From contig JAANOX010000275.1 of NCBI GenBank assembly GCA_020184695.1, positions 1-64,000 on the forward strand: a stretch of 64,000 nt of DNA, written 5' to 3'. Below, piece by piece: positions 50,452 through 63,164 of the stretch (its first letter is position 1; the number at the start of each line of letters is the position of its first letter). The notes under the pieces were generated by a model that made no database searches, was not told the DNA's origin, and saw only the letters and a list, made by a program, of their open reading frames with translations. This stretch comes from Histomonas meleagridis 2922-C6/04-290x (taxonomy: Eukaryota; Protista; Parabasalia). A program made the position numbers and the translations under genes.

Positions 50452-51717
50452 ATGAGTGTTTCGGTGAGAATACAATGGAATCGTGGGACAATTCCAAAAG
50501 TATTATCACTAGATAGCACAATAAGGAGTGTTGTTATCGAAATTGGGAAAGAAATTGGAATTGAACAACATTTTCTTGACTTATATTACGACCCGTATTT
50601 TACGCGTGTTATACCAAAAAGCGAAACAGTCGAATCCGCTAAAATTCAAGACAGATCTTTTCTTTATTTAAAAATTCTAACCAAAAATGTCAAAAATGTA
50701 CATGTTCCCATTTGCCAAATGACAGAACCTGTTGATATATACAAACAATATCTTGGGCCTAAAGAAAAAGAAATGACATCAGAGATGAAACGTGTTCAAC
50801 ATGATTTTGGTCCGAAAGCAGTTTCATCGTGTTTTTTTGATCATTTAATGAGTCTCAAACCGCAAGTAGACTTTCAACCTGAATCAAGTTGTTATGCGCT
50901 TCGTATTGGCCAAGAATGTCTTTCACGTTTTCGCATGCAAGCATATCAATCCAATTTTACAACGCATCGACTCACTTTTCTTTTTGGTCGAATCAATCGT
51001 ATTACTGGCAAAGTCACTGTTCATGTTTCATGTGAGCCACCGCAAATTAGTACTTATGAGAAATGTGAAATATCGCCCACATTTGACTTAACGACACCTG
51101 TACAAGTTGCCCAAATGTTTGGCATGGAATGTGTTGGTATTGCAATTTCGCATTTGTCAGATGAGAAATATCCAGTCACATCTTACATGGTTCAATTATC
51201 ATCACGCTTGCAAAATCTTTTTGGCGAATATTTCACTACAGTTGTTATAATGCCAGAAGGAGATTCCGATGTTAAGTTAGAAGCGTTTCAAATGAGTGAT
51301 GCGGCAGTCCGAATATATCGAGAACAACTTTTTTGTGAGTCAACAGATGAACATATAGTCCACTTCAAAGAGAAATTACTTGTTTGCGGACAAAAGAAGA
51401 ACGAGGCTGACGTGAACTTGCTGCTTTGCGCCGTTAGAGTCCGCTCAACGAACTCCAGGTTCATCAGCCATAGCTTTCCGCCGCCCGCATTCGCGCCATC
51501 AAAGTTCGACGTTCAAAATTTCTTCGCCGATAAGGAGTTTTGCCCGCTTTGGTACGCAATGTTCGACTTCAATTTGCTGGTTTACCTGGCGAACATGAGG
51601 GTGTTCACAAAGGATGAAATGGAGACAATAGTCAACTGCATTATTGATAAGAGCGATATGCCTGAAATGGTGATGGAGAAAATTAATGAATTTTGTAATG
51701 ATGAGAATAAAGAATAG
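50452..51717 (+). CDS. NPL4: NPL4-family Cdc48/p97 cofactor
   Basis: N-terminal ubiquitin-like domain followed by an MPN-like core (HRLTFLFGR...VHVSCEPPQ, VGIAISH, EAFQMSD). Confidence 0.75.
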   Translation: MSVSVRIQWNRGTIPKVLSLDSTIRSVVIEIGKEIGIEQHFLDLYYDPYFTRVIPKSETVESAKIQDRSFLYLKILTKNVKNVHVPICQMTEPVDIYKQYLGPKEKEMTSEMKRVQHDFGPKAVSSCFFDHLMSLKPQVDFQPESSCYALRIGQECLSRFRMQAYQSNFTTHRLTFLFGRINRITGKVTVHVSCEPPQISTYEKCEISPTFDLTTPVQVAQMFGMECVGIAISHLSDEKYPVTSYMVQLSSRLQNLFGEYFTTVVIMPEGDSDVKLEAFQMSDAAVRIYREQLFCESTDEHIVHFKEKLLVCGQKKNEADVNLLLCAVRVRSTNSRFISHSFPPPAFAPSKFDVQNFFADKEFCPLWYAMFDFNLLVYLANMRVFTKDEMETIVNCIIDKSDMPEMVMEKINEFCNDENKE

Positions 51718-52322
51718 AAGTAATAGAGTAAATATTTTGGATATGTTGGAAAATGTTAAACTTTTTGTTTGCTGTGAGTATTTACTGTTTGGAAAGTATC
51801 AAATGCAAATTGTGTTGAAAAAGTTTTATAATTTTGGATTATCATCATTTCTAATTATGTTTCGACATGTCGATGCCAAGGACTGAGTGTATGTGATAGA
51901 GTGTTTTATTTTTTCTTTTAATGGATTATATGAATAAATTAAACATATTATTATCTTGAGTTTTTATCTAAAAAAAGTTCGTTATTTAGCAAATTTGCTA
52001 ATTAAGAAAACTTTGAAATGTATTATTTTTGAAATATGTTTCAATTCTTTACTCAGAAAAAATCAAATATAATTGTTTCCCAAGACTTTAACTTTATCTT
52101 TAATGATATCAAACAAAAATATTACATAAATGAAAAAATAATTGTTCTACATAGATATGGATAAATTATTTCGAAAGAAGTTTCATTAAAAAAATAAAAA
52201 ACGTATACTTTCGAATAAAAGTGCCGGTGTCATATGACCCCCAAAAAATTAATCATTCAAAAAGTTGTTTCCTTGTTGCGCTTTGTGTGCTTTACATAAA
52301 GCAAAATCTCAATCTTTTCTTC

Positions 52323-53408
52323 ATGATTCTATGTTTTCTATTGCTTATTTTAACTCCTGAAAAACAGCATATTGGTTTAACCAAAAAATCAACCAAAATT
52401 TCAAACATGGATGAAATGAATGAATATATAAATAAATATTTTCAAGAAAAAGGTGGACCACGCTTAAAAGATCGCCAATCTACAAAGAGTGATGAATCTG
52501 ATGACATAGATTTTATATCCAAAAAAAAGAAAGGAATCGAATCCAAGTTTGATTTCATTGAAGAATATCTAAATGATTATAAAAAACGAAAAAAAGACAC
52601 AGAAGAAGACTATGAGTACCCAAGTAAGACAAGAAAAACCAAAATCAATTTTGATTTTGACCAAGATGATTTACAAGAACAACCAGATAAGAAGCCCAAA
52701 AAAATTTTCGACGGCGATGATCAAATGGAATACAAACATAATGATGACTCTGATTCACGCTTACCTCCCAATACAATTCTTCGAGATGGCCAAATCGTAT
52801 GTATGGAAGGATACATATCAGATTCCGAAATTGAAACCAAAGGTTGTTGGAAATGTTCCAAAGAATGTCACAAGAATGCTCATTGTGCTGAGAGTGGTCG
52901 TTGCGTGTGTAATTCAGGATTTCTTGGAGACGGCATCAAATCGTGCGAAAAAAAGTCACTCAAAATCACAAGCGCTAAGGTTGATAATAACAACATTCTT
53001 ACCGTAATAATAAACTATATTGATCCGGGTGCCATAGGGGCATTTTGTCGAATCGATGGAGAAAAAAGTGATGCGATATCGATTGAAGATGATACAATTC
53101 GATGTTTAATACCGGAAACAAAAACAAAAGTATCAAAAGTTGCGGTTTCATTGGATGAGAAACTTTGGTCTAATAATTATTATTTGGAGCCAAAGTCAAA
53201 TTCTTTGATAATCGGATTAATTGTTTTGGGTTTGGCTGTTGTCGTTTTGGCTGTGTTTTTCTGCAAATCAAAAAAACGTGACATCACAAAGCAGCCGAAG
53301 AGATTCCTACAGAATTATACAGTGAAATTGAATCAAAAATTAGGAACAATGGAAAATGATGAAAACTTTAATGTATACTTCGAGCCAGTAATGGATGACA
53401 ATCAATAA
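52323..53408 (+). CDS. Type I membrane protein with EGF-like and IPT-like domains
   Basis: Signal MILCFLLLIL, CHKNAHCAESGRCVCNSGFLGDGIKSC, AFCRIDG...CLIP, TM LIIGLIVLGLAVVVLAVFF. Confidence 0.85.
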   Translation: MILCFLLLILTPEKQHIGLTKKSTKISNMDEMNEYINKYFQEKGGPRLKDRQSTKSDESDDIDFISKKKKGIESKFDFIEEYLNDYKKRKKDTEEDYEYPSKTRKTKINFDFDQDDLQEQPDKKPKKIFDGDDQMEYKHNDDSDSRLPPNTILRDGQIVCMEGYISDSEIETKGCWKCSKECHKNAHCAESGRCVCNSGFLGDGIKSCEKKSLKITSAKVDNNNILTVIINYIDPGAIGAFCRIDGEKSDAISIEDDTIRCLIPETKTKVSKVAVSLDEKLWSNNYYLEPKSNSLIIGLIVLGLAVVVLAVFFCKSKKRDITKQPKRFLQNYTVKLNQKLGTMENDENFNVYFEPVMDDNQ

Positions 53409-53837
53409 AATGTGTTAATAAAGAAAAAATGATTAGAAAATTCCTTAAATAAATGTTTAATAATATTAAAAATAATTTCATGTTTTATCGATGTTCATTT
53501 CATATTTATGAATATTCACGCATTTTTTAAATATTAAGCAATTTACAATAATGTAACTTAATAATTTTAAAATTTATTGTACATTATTGATATACAATGT
53601 TGCAAATTCTCATTTTTTGATTGCGTTGTTTGATAGCATAAGAATAATTTCATCTTTTTAATACATATGTGATTTATAAAATTTTTGTGATAAAGATATG
53701 AAAGTATTTATGAACTCATATGATCTTTAGAAACTCATCTTTATAAGAGAATGAACAAAGAAAGAATACAAATATTTTTTTCATATTGACAAAACCATTA
53801 AATAAAAATTAATAATAAAAAATATTGTAAATTCTCT

Positions 53838-55001
53838 TTAGACAAAGATATAACGCATTTCCTCAGTTGGTATATTTGGAACTGCGTAATTATAAGAATA
53901 GTATTGAAGGCACTTGCTGCCAGCTTCAAACTTATGGGCAGTGAGAGCACCTTCGCCAGTGAAAGAGAAACCGTTTATTATATCGGCTTTTGCATCGTTA
54001 ACCGCTTTGTTTACAATGTCAGCAACAAGTGACTTCATGTCGATGTTGTTAGTTACAGTGTAATAAATGTACGCTGCTCGGATCTCAGTTACGGTGCTTG
54101 AACTTTCGTTTAGGACTGACCATTTCATTAAGTAAAATGAAGCAAATGCTGCTGGTCCATTTGATGACGGAATAACATAGGAATAAATGGTTTCTTCACG
54201 TGGCATAAACATATACCTGACAAGCTCTGGAGTGAAATCAATATCAAATTTGTAGTTTGAGCTTGTATTCTTGAATAAATTAGTGACACCTTCAACATCA
54301 GCTTCACAAAATGGACGAATATTACCATGGACAAGCTTTGGAAGGGCAAAACGCTTTTGTGCTGAAGCCATTGCACTTTTTGATATTGGATAAAATCCTG
54401 ATGCGCTCATCTTTTTAAGATTTAATGGTCTGTGCATGTACTGGACTTGAGAGAACGCTTTAGACGGAACATCATCGCCACCAGAAAAAACAGCTCTATA
54501 GACTTTGTGTAATCGAACACGTCTTGCAAGTTCGAAAATTAGTACAGGAGCTAATTTCTTTGACCTAAGCCTTGCATGGACACACAGGAAGTTTACAGAA
54601 CACCATGTTTGAACATCTTCATTAAGTCTAATTTTGATTGGGATTCCTGATATGAAACCACAAAGTGCTCCTGTTTTAGTACGGACACCAATAAACCAAT
54701 CTTGTATGTACCCTGGCACAAGGAGAGCCCATTTGATTAAAGAAGCTGGAAGAAGAAAACGGAATCTATGATCACTTGCTTCAACATAATTTAAAGATAA
54801 AAACTTATATACTTCTTGAAGTTGTTGGTCATCGTTGATATCAATAGTGCACCATGTATAACCAGATGGAAGTGATGCTGGATGATCTGGTGGTGCCGTA
54901 ACTGGAATTGAAGTATCAATATATCCGTCAAAGCCTTCTTCGTTTTCCCTTAAAACCGGTTGCTTACTCCAAAACTTATGCATTTCATCTTCTTCTGTCA
55001 T
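53838..55001 (-). CDS. NMT: Glycylpeptide N-myristoyltransferase
   Basis: HKFWSKQPV, NYVEA...FRF, VNFLCVHARLRSKKLAPVLIFELARRV, LQYYSYNY; likely start at 55001. Confidence 0.96.
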   Translation of the reverse strand: MTEEDEMHKFWSKQPVLRENEEGFDGYIDTSIPVTAPPDHPASLPSGYTWCTIDINDDQQLQEVYKFLSLNYVEASDHRFRFLLPASLIKWALLVPGYIQDWFIGVRTKTGALCGFISGIPIKIRLNEDVQTWCSVNFLCVHARLRSKKLAPVLIFELARRVRLHKVYRAVFSGGDDVPSKAFSQVQYMHRPLNLKKMSASGFYPISKSAMASAQKRFALPKLVHGNIRPFCEADVEGVTNLFKNTSSNYKFDIDFTPELVRYMFMPREETIYSYVIPSSNGPAAFASFYLMKWSVLNESSSTVTEIRAAYIYYTVTNNIDMKSLVADIVNKAVNDAKADIINGFSFTGEGALTAHKFEAGSKCLQYYSYNYAVPNIPTEEMRYIFV

Positions 55002-55336
55002 CACAACAATGATCCAGCCGAATATGAAGTCAAAAAAAATCAAAAAGCCATCTGACCAGACTTCGGTCACTTTTTATATTCAAAAGATTATATCGTAGCC
55101 CGTTTATTGTTTTAATCATTTTTGATCGTTCTTATACAAAGGGAAGCTTATTCCTCTTCTTGTTTAAGTAATCAAAGAATTTCAGCTATAACAACTCTTA
55201 AATTTTACGATTGATTCTGCCTAATGCTTTGACAGTGATATTTTACAGAAATAATTTAAAAAAAACAAATTAATTTTAACACCTTATTTTTAATTATAAA
55301 GCACATGCAAATGTTGACAGCAAAATTATTCACAAC

Positions 55337-55879
55337 TTAAAAGTCGAAAAAATCATCACCCGGAAATGAACAATAATCGGGTGGTTCATTCGGGTAATTA
55401 CCAAATTCAACTTCTGCAAATTTGATTGGGACATTATTAAAATCCTCTTTCTTATCACCTTTTCTTGTCTCGTCTTTTGTTCGTTTAAACTTTTCTCTTT
55501 TTCTTCTTGTCACTATATTTGTCCAATGATTTTTCACATTTGCATCAGATCTCGAATCGAAGAAACCAGCAATCATTGCCCATCTTGGTCCATATTTAGT
55601 AAACTTTTCTTCTAACAATGCTTCTTCTTCAGGTGTCCAAGGTCCATTTTTTGCAGTATCAGCTAAATAATTTTTGTACCTTTCGCGACATTGTCTCGAT
55701 GACCTATTTACCATTCTTTTAGCCACTTCTTTCCAATTTTTTGTGCCTAGTTCATCGACTAACTCTTTTAATAACTTATCTTCTTCTTGTGTAAACTTAT
55801 GACGAAGTCCAAGAGAACGTCTGTTTTTTGGTGTTTGTTTAAAAAGAATTGGTAATGTATAAATCTTTTGACTCGACAT
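55337..55879 (-). CDS. R2R3 Myb transcription factor
   Basis: KFTQEEDKLL...RSSRQCRERYKNYL, PWTPEEEALL...GPRWAMIA...RSDANVKNHW. Confidence 0.95.
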   Translation of the reverse strand: MSSQKIYTLPILFKQTPKNRRSLGLRHKFTQEEDKLLKELVDELGTKNWKEVAKRMVNRSSRQCRERYKNYLADTAKNGPWTPEEEALLEEKFTKYGPRWAMIAGFFDSRSDANVKNHWTNIVTRRKREKFKRTKDETRKGDKKEDFNNVPIKFAEVEFGNYPNEPPDYCSFPGDDFFDF

Positions 55880-57223
55880 TCCTTAAATATTTTTATTATT
55901 CAATAAAGTTGTTGAAGTTGTGACGATTCGGGCGCCCTTAAATTTTCTGTATTTAATCTATTGGAAAAAAACAAAGTGCTAACTCAATTTTTGAAATAAA
56001 CATGTAGAAAATGGAAGTTATCTCCCATCTAATTGCATTTGAGTTGTGAATTTGATTGGCTTTTTCAATTTGAACTTTTGTTTTTATGATTTTTATGCAT
56101 GAAACATTTTAGAACAGAAATGAAATGTTTAGGAATATATGCAAAAGATTATGTTTTTAATAAAAAATTAAACAAATAATCTTGTGAAAAATTCACAGTG
56201 ATAATCATTATTCATACCATTTTTAGGATTATATAAGAAAATTGGTACCAAAAAGTTGTTCATAAATTAACTCACGACCATGTTTCATATTTTAGAGATG
56301 TGAATCTTGTTATATTAGATTAAAATGAACGTTCATATTAATTTCATTGATAAACTCATTTTTTCTCTTATAATACGAACTTTATGTATAATTCATTACA
56401 CATACCATTTTCACTTATTCTACAAATCCTAAATATCATTTTGATTTCAATCAATACCAAAATGCAATAACATTAATGAAAACTTTGTTTCGTATTATAG
56501 TCCTATAGGATAACCCAATGATTAATTAATTAAACCTGGTTTAAAATCTAACCTAAACGTAAAATATTTATGTATGCATCTTTGAAAACGTATAAATTCC
56601 ATAATATATATACATTATATAATGAGAAAGTATGAATTTTATTCGAAACTTCATTTTTGAAAGCAATTCCTCCAATTAATAACACATATCCATTATATGA
56701 TACATGTGAATCTGTTGAAAGAGTTCCTTGTAATCATGGTTCTACTCAAAATTTTTATCCAAATCACAGTCACACCACTATGAAGGATCAAAATCAAAAT
56801 GAATGTATAGGAAAAAAGCCATTTGATTACCAAATTCTGATACTTCGTTATATGAATTAATTCATATTTTATCTTGATTTAAACATTAGCAAATATGACT
56901 AATTTTAAGAAATGTATAATCTATAAGCTCCGATTTCAGTTCTATGCATATTTAACTCATATTGTCAAATTAACCACCACAGTGATATAAATAAATCTTC
57001 TATTCTGATAGATTTACAGATGTTGATTTATCCAAAGTTGAAAAACCTTCATTTGAGGAAAACACTTCAATTGGATAAAAACATATTAATTAACTCCAAA
57101 TTTTTATAATTTTTGTTGATGATGAAAGCGCATTACACTTCTTATTATTTTGAAGCTTTATTCAAATTACATAATAATCAAAAACATATCGCATTTAAAG
57201 TTTTAAATATTAATTACATATTC

Positions 57224-58183
57224 CTACTGAACTTTATAATGTTTCAGTAGTTTTTTATATCGTTTTTTAGACACGAAAACCTTTGACAACTCTTTCGAAA
57301 ATATCATAGGCCAATCAGCCATTTTCGTTGACTTATCTGGATTTTGCAGTATCGGAAGGATTTCTTCCATTGATAGCGCTTTTAATTCGCTTTGATGCAA
57401 CTTGATGATGACAAGTCCGAACGATAGAAGAAACCGCAAACCGTAATAAAGAAACATGTCGAATATGCGCAGCTGCATTTCAGAGGGCCATTCCATCGCA
57501 AGAAATGCGGGAACAAACCACTTGGTGCAAAAAAAGTGGAAACTTAGATTTTGCTTTTCAAAATTAATCATCACATTTGGATATGATTCACGAACAAGAT
57601 CTTTGAACATATGTGTGGAAGCTACAAGCTGAGGCGTTTCTTCTTGGAAAAATCCAACATGGTTTGTTCGTTTGCCAATCAATATATTATTGAAAGCCCA
57701 AAATGCTGTTTCTTCATCAAAATACATGAGAAGCATGGCATCTAAAAATGCCATTCCTTGACAGTATCCTAACTCGGGAGAAAATTGACAATAAGCTCGT
57801 AAATTATTTTGAAGAGATTGAATAAAATTTGGGTTTGAGAAATATGATATTTGCGGAAAGGTACGGTTGAGGTCTCTTTCAATTCTGTCGTAGTCTTCAT
57901 GTGGTGGGAGTCTTAAATAATGTTGATAAGAACTTTGAAATTTTTGTTTAGTGAGATTTGCTTCTGTTAATAAATCCCATACTTTACCTCTTACTGAATC
58001 TGGTATTCCCTTTTTAATTCTTCTTGAAACAACTTTTCGATTTTTTATTATCATTGAATCCCAATTTGAAATCATTTGAAGCCACTTTGTTTCACGAGAA
58101 GTTTCCTTTCCAGATTCATCAGTAATTATATTTGAATTGCTTAAATACCAGCCAAACCTATCTACTTTTTTCTCTGATATCAT
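57224..58183 (-). CDS. TBC-domain Rab-GAP
   Basis: KGIPDSVRGKVW, IERDLNRTFP, GYCQGMAF. Confidence 0.95.
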   Translation of the reverse strand: MISEKKVDRFGWYLSNSNIITDESGKETSRETKWLQMISNWDSMIIKNRKVVSRRIKKGIPDSVRGKVWDLLTEANLTKQKFQSSYQHYLRLPPHEDYDRIERDLNRTFPQISYFSNPNFIQSLQNNLRAYCQFSPELGYCQGMAFLDAMLLMYFDEETAFWAFNNILIGKRTNHVGFFQEETPQLVASTHMFKDLVRESYPNVMINFEKQNLSFHFFCTKWFVPAFLAMEWPSEMQLRIFDMFLYYGLRFLLSFGLVIIKLHQSELKALSMEEILPILQNPDKSTKMADWPMIFSKELSKVFVSKKRYKKLLKHYKVQ

Positions 58184-59220
58184 TTATAATGTAAACTAAT
58201 GAAAAGGTTGACTCTATCGGTTATTGATCAAAAACTCAAATTAAAACTTTTGATTGAAACCGCATTGCCCACATGCAAAAAGATTCCGCAATATTGAATT
58301 TTGGCAAAATACAATCAAAAATTGAACAAAAAAACCAGCTTAAACCTCAAAATGTGGCCATGTGAATTCGATTCTGAAACCCAGTTTCGTTGATCACTCA
58401 GAAATGAAATCTTGCAGATGTAAATTTATCCATACAGAGATTCATTATGTGGTAGTAACATTGGTCCACTTTTTATGACATAACTCAGCTGTTTTAGGCA
58501 TTAAATTAATGCCACAATATAAATACTTTTTTCATTATTTATATTACTTTATATTATTTTATATCAAAAAATCAGAATGTATTAACTAAAAACTATCGAT
58601 ATTTTTATAAATGCAACATTCATTATAATGAAACTGAAATGGCCAACATGATGTAAAAATGGTATACATAATTATTTAAACATTGAAAATGATAGCCCAC
58701 AAATTAAATCCTATACAGCATTTTCAACATCAACATCAGTGATATGACAAGTTTTTAGGAATGAAGATTTCAAATTATTATAACATGAATTATCTCTCAA
58801 AAACGAAATGAAACGCAAACGAATAGATAGAATTTCAAAAAAAACATCTCGAACATTGAGAAAAAAATTGATTTTTAAAAAAAGAATATAAACTATTTAT
58901 TAAAACATGGTCCGAAAGTAATTAATATACAAATTCTTCAAGAAGATTATAATCAATTATATATACAGTTAATAATGATTAGCTATCACAAATCATATAT
59001 CTACCTTCAAGAGCTTTTCGAGCGATTTCTTCCAAAAAAGAATCGCTTAATGGAGCAAATGATTTTAAAACAAGTAGAAATTGGCAAAATAATTAATCGA
59101 AAAATGATAATTTATATTAGAGAAAACTCCACATAAAGAGTAGAATAAATCCAAATGATTTTTTAGATATTTTTTTAAGCGATTGAGAAATTGCGAAACG
59201 AATCTGGAGAAAAATTACCT

Positions 59221-59560
59221 TCTCTGAATTTTAGCTGTTGGAACTACTGAAAAATGTAAAAAATGGTTTCTCAAAGATATGCGAATAAAGCACTTAATAG
59301 CAACAGAAAAAATCCATCTAATATATTGATCATGAGGATAGCTAAAGGGATATGTATATATAAACTACTTAAAATAATTGTATAATTTCATTAGAAACAT
59401 AAAGGGTATTTAATTTGGGACGTATTTTCTGCTCACAAAACGCCAAATGTAGAACAAAAAGCAAGTATTTGGGAATAAGCTTATTCATTTGTTCCTGTCG
59501 GCCATATAGGAGATTGGAAGGCTTTAATCAATCAAATTTTTGAGAATATCATAAGTAACT
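59221..59560 (+). mobile_element. pogo/Tigger-like DDE_1 transposase remnant
   Basis: Fragments ILAVGTTEKC and YLIWDVFSAHKTPNVEQKA...FVPVGHIGDWKALINQIF, heavily frameshifted. Confidence 0.6.
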
Positions 59561-59587
59561 CACATTTTTTTTAGTGAAATTATGCAG

Positions 59588-61086
59588 GCTATAGACAAAC
59601 CTTGTCAATTTTCGTAGCGAAAAAATTATGATATGATTTGGCGGTATTTTTGCCACGCTTTTGAGTCGAAAATATAACCATTACTAGATGATTTAAAATG
59701 AAGATATACTTGAAGCACTCAAGAACGAACTTATGCTATCCAGAGCTATTTTCCCAAGTGTCAGATCATTTACTTTGTTTTTTCATTTTATAATGTTACA
59801 AGAAAATATTTACATGTAGGTTTGGCGGAAGAGTTTCTCAAAACAATAAGGTCTCTGTGAAATTTGATTGCAAATCATTTATCAAATTTTTGAAAAATGG
59901 AAGTTGTTACATCTCAGAAAAAGCAAATTTTATCCATAATCACATTTTAGATCCACAATTTATAGAAGGCCATACAAATTGTTGTGGAAAAGATTCAATT
60001 CAAAGAACAAGCTTTAGGTGTGCCACCTGGATTAATTAGGCAACACAACCATATACTATCTCCTCCAGAGATATATTATATATCTCACAAGGAGAATCAA
60101 TTTAAAAAAATAAAGAAGGGAACTTGGATGATATTATTGAACGAATGTTATTAAGGGATTTTATCGAATACAGAAAGGCATAATTCGTTCATATGAATCT
60201 CTTCAAAGAAACTTATCAATCAATAAAGATAGGAAAAGAATTATCAAAGCAAATGATAAAATATGAAAAAGACTGGTTACCAATTCATCTTATTGAACAT
60301 GGTGCTTATTGGGATTGGACAACAAATCGTGTTGAAGGTTATACTGGAAATTTCGAACAACACAATAATTTCAAAATTTTTGAAATGATTGATATAATTC
60401 GTAATTTGGTAAACTCGTCAACTGAAAATGACAGATCTTATATAAAAAAATTTAATTCAATATGGAAATACAAATAATAATTTTCGAAGAAGAAGATATC
60501 GAAAAAATTAGATGATTATATTTAGAAAAAATTAATCAAGAAATTATTTTATCAAAAACAAATGAAAATAATAATGAATTTTGTTTTTTATGCATATATC
60601 TGCAGGGCAAAGCGAAACTGTTCCTCAAATATTACACAATGCTATTTTAGATTTGAAACAAACATATACTATAAGTACTACTTGAATGCCAAATAATTTT
60701 TCGATAAAAGGGAAAATTGGTATTCATCCGTCTAAAAATGTGATCCTTCCTGGAAAACCAAAATCGAAAGATATACATAGATTTTCGAATTGTGGTGAAC
60801 CAGATCACAATATTAAAACATTTCCCAAAAGTTAAATCAAAAATAAATATTAAATTATAATAATTTTGATAAAATATAAATATATAGTGTATAAAAGCAA
60901 AAAAAAATGATATGATTTATGAATTAAGAAAAAGGATTCAGTTTATCAGTTATGAAAAATAATCCTAAATAAATAATATTTGATGACATTTTGCTCCACC
61001 TATTATTTATCTATCAAATTTAATAGAAGTAAAATGACATACATATTGTTTTTTTGCTATCAAAATTGACAAGGTTTGTCTGTAGC
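59588..61086 (+). mobile_element. Non-autonomous Mutator-like element bounded by inverted repeats
   Basis: GCTATAGACAAACCTTGTCAATTTT (59588) matches the reverse complement of AAAATTGACAAGGTTTGTCTGTAGC (ends 61086) at 24/25. Inside: CRFGG...DCKSF...IHNH zinc finger, DWTTNRVEG motif and a decayed zinc knuckle (NCGEPDHNIKT). Confidence 0.75.
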
Positions 61087-61573
61087 AAAAAACGATTGCC
61101 GTTTTGTATTAGAGACAAGAATCGTAACAACAAAAATGTGAAAAAGAATATCATGAAGCTATTGTTTTACAAGCAATTTAAAATCTTGTTATTAGAGATT
61201 TTTTATTTTTCCCTGAAATTTTGGGAATAGCAATCTTTCCATTTTCTGCACATTTCTTATAAGTAAATATTGCATTTAATTTTAATAGATAAGGATGTAA
61301 GCAATGAATAAAATTTTTTTCTTATTATAAACATCATTAGATAAGTTAGCTATCATAAATAACACACTTTAAATTATATCCTGATTTGTTTGAAAAATTA
61401 TTATCCTGAGTTATTAAAGTTACAACAGGGAAGTTTTTCGATTTAAGCTTCTTTAAAAATTTCATCAATATTTAATTAAATTGTAAGTTATTCGATTATT
61501 GTAATATTAATATTAACATTTCTTTTAGTAAAAAAAGAATTATAATTTTTGTCATTATAAACATTTATTTTTA

Positions 61574-63101
61574 TTAATTCAAACACGATTGAATATCATC
61601 CAATGGAATTTTTAGTGATTTTTCTTGAATCATTTTATTAATTTCTTGAATTCCATTAACAACATTTTGGATTCCTTTTGTTTGTTTATCTTTCATTTCA
61701 TTTTGTTGTTTATCAACTACCTCTGCTAATACATGACTTCGATTCTTTTGAGGTAAAGGCTTCGTTAGAAAATCACCAATAGGCCTCGTTTTGATTGTTA
61801 CATCAATTCCATCGACATCATCGTCATTTTCGAGTTCTTTCAAATCAATTGATTCAGGACCACTCATTTCTGATAAAAAGAAATCGGGAACTCCAGCAAA
61901 TGCAAATGGAGCGACACACGAACTTTTAGAAATTGATACTTTTTCATATTCTTCTAATGTTGGCAATGAAAGAATTGAAGATTTTCCGATTTCATTTTTG
62001 TAAATCAGGAAATTCCATAATTTGCGGTATAAGGGAATATGAAGGATCAAATGAATAATATTGTGTCGAACGTGGATAATTTAATATATTAGAAAATGTA
62101 AATGAAAGTGAACAAAATGATTTTGTTGAATGTGAATTTGTGATTTTTTGTTGAATTTCTTTCTCTTTCTCTTTTTCTTTCTCTTTCTCTGGAAATTCGT
62201 TGTTCGATGGAACACGTTCAAAAATAGGTTGCTCTTCTTTAACATAAGGAAATTTTTCAGGTGGCGCAATTGGTGCTGCTATAAATGTAGTCGTATCTGT
62301 TCGACTGAATGATGAAAGTTGATATTGTTCAACAAAATCTGGTGAATAAAGTGGAAATGGTCGTGAAATTTGATACGCTTCAATATTTGGGGGTTCTGTT
62401 GGAAGAGAATCCATTGTGGAAGGATTGAAGCTTTTTGGAAATGAACGTAAACATGAAATTTTGAGTGAAAGAAGTGAATGAAAATTAAAAACAGATTTTT
62501 CGTAGGAAGAATTTTGAAGAGTTTCAAAAAAATCTGTTGATATTGTACTAAGATATTGAGAAAGTTGCTGAAGACGAGTTGAAACTCGATGTTGGATAAG
62601 AATACACGAAACAATCATTTTGAAATTAGAGAGATGTGATATTCTTGAATTAAAATTGGTGTTTTGAAGGGGATTAAATGTTGGAATTTGTTCACTATTT
62701 ACAAAATTAGCAGGTGTGGGATCTGACTCTGTTTTAGACCGTGAAATCGTTTTTCGAATTTCGGTTTCTTTAACGCGTTCAAATAAGGAATTACGTGTGT
62801 TTAATATTTCTGAAATCGTTTCCGGTGGAAGAAGGGGTTCAACTGGAGAATTAGAAGACTTTAATTCTTTGGTTCGAATTTGTAATGTTTTTTCTTCAAA
62901 TGCCTTCATGAACAAAAAATATTTTTCTTTACGTGTCTTTTGTGAGAATGATGGAAGATATGGAAAAAGAGGTTTACTTAATGAAAAATCATCATTATTT
63001 GGACTTGAATATCTAGGTGATAAAACTGAACGTGTGCGTGAATTGTGAGTAACTCTTCTTATTAATATTTTTTCTTTGTTTTCTTCTTCTTTCTCTTCCA
63101 T
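61574..63101 (-). CDS. Hypothetical protein split by one frameshift near 61995
   Basis: ORFs 61992-63182 (likely ATG 63101) and 61574-62050 join if one A is removed from an A5 run. Confidence 0.65.
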
Positions 63102-63164
63102 AACGTAATAAAAAAAAAAAAAGGTCCACTTTTTGATATTCCACTTTTTAAAACACAATTTAAA

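Noticed and set aside
56657-56860. 67-aa ORF with TTG start
   Set aside because: Short, non-ATG, no motif.
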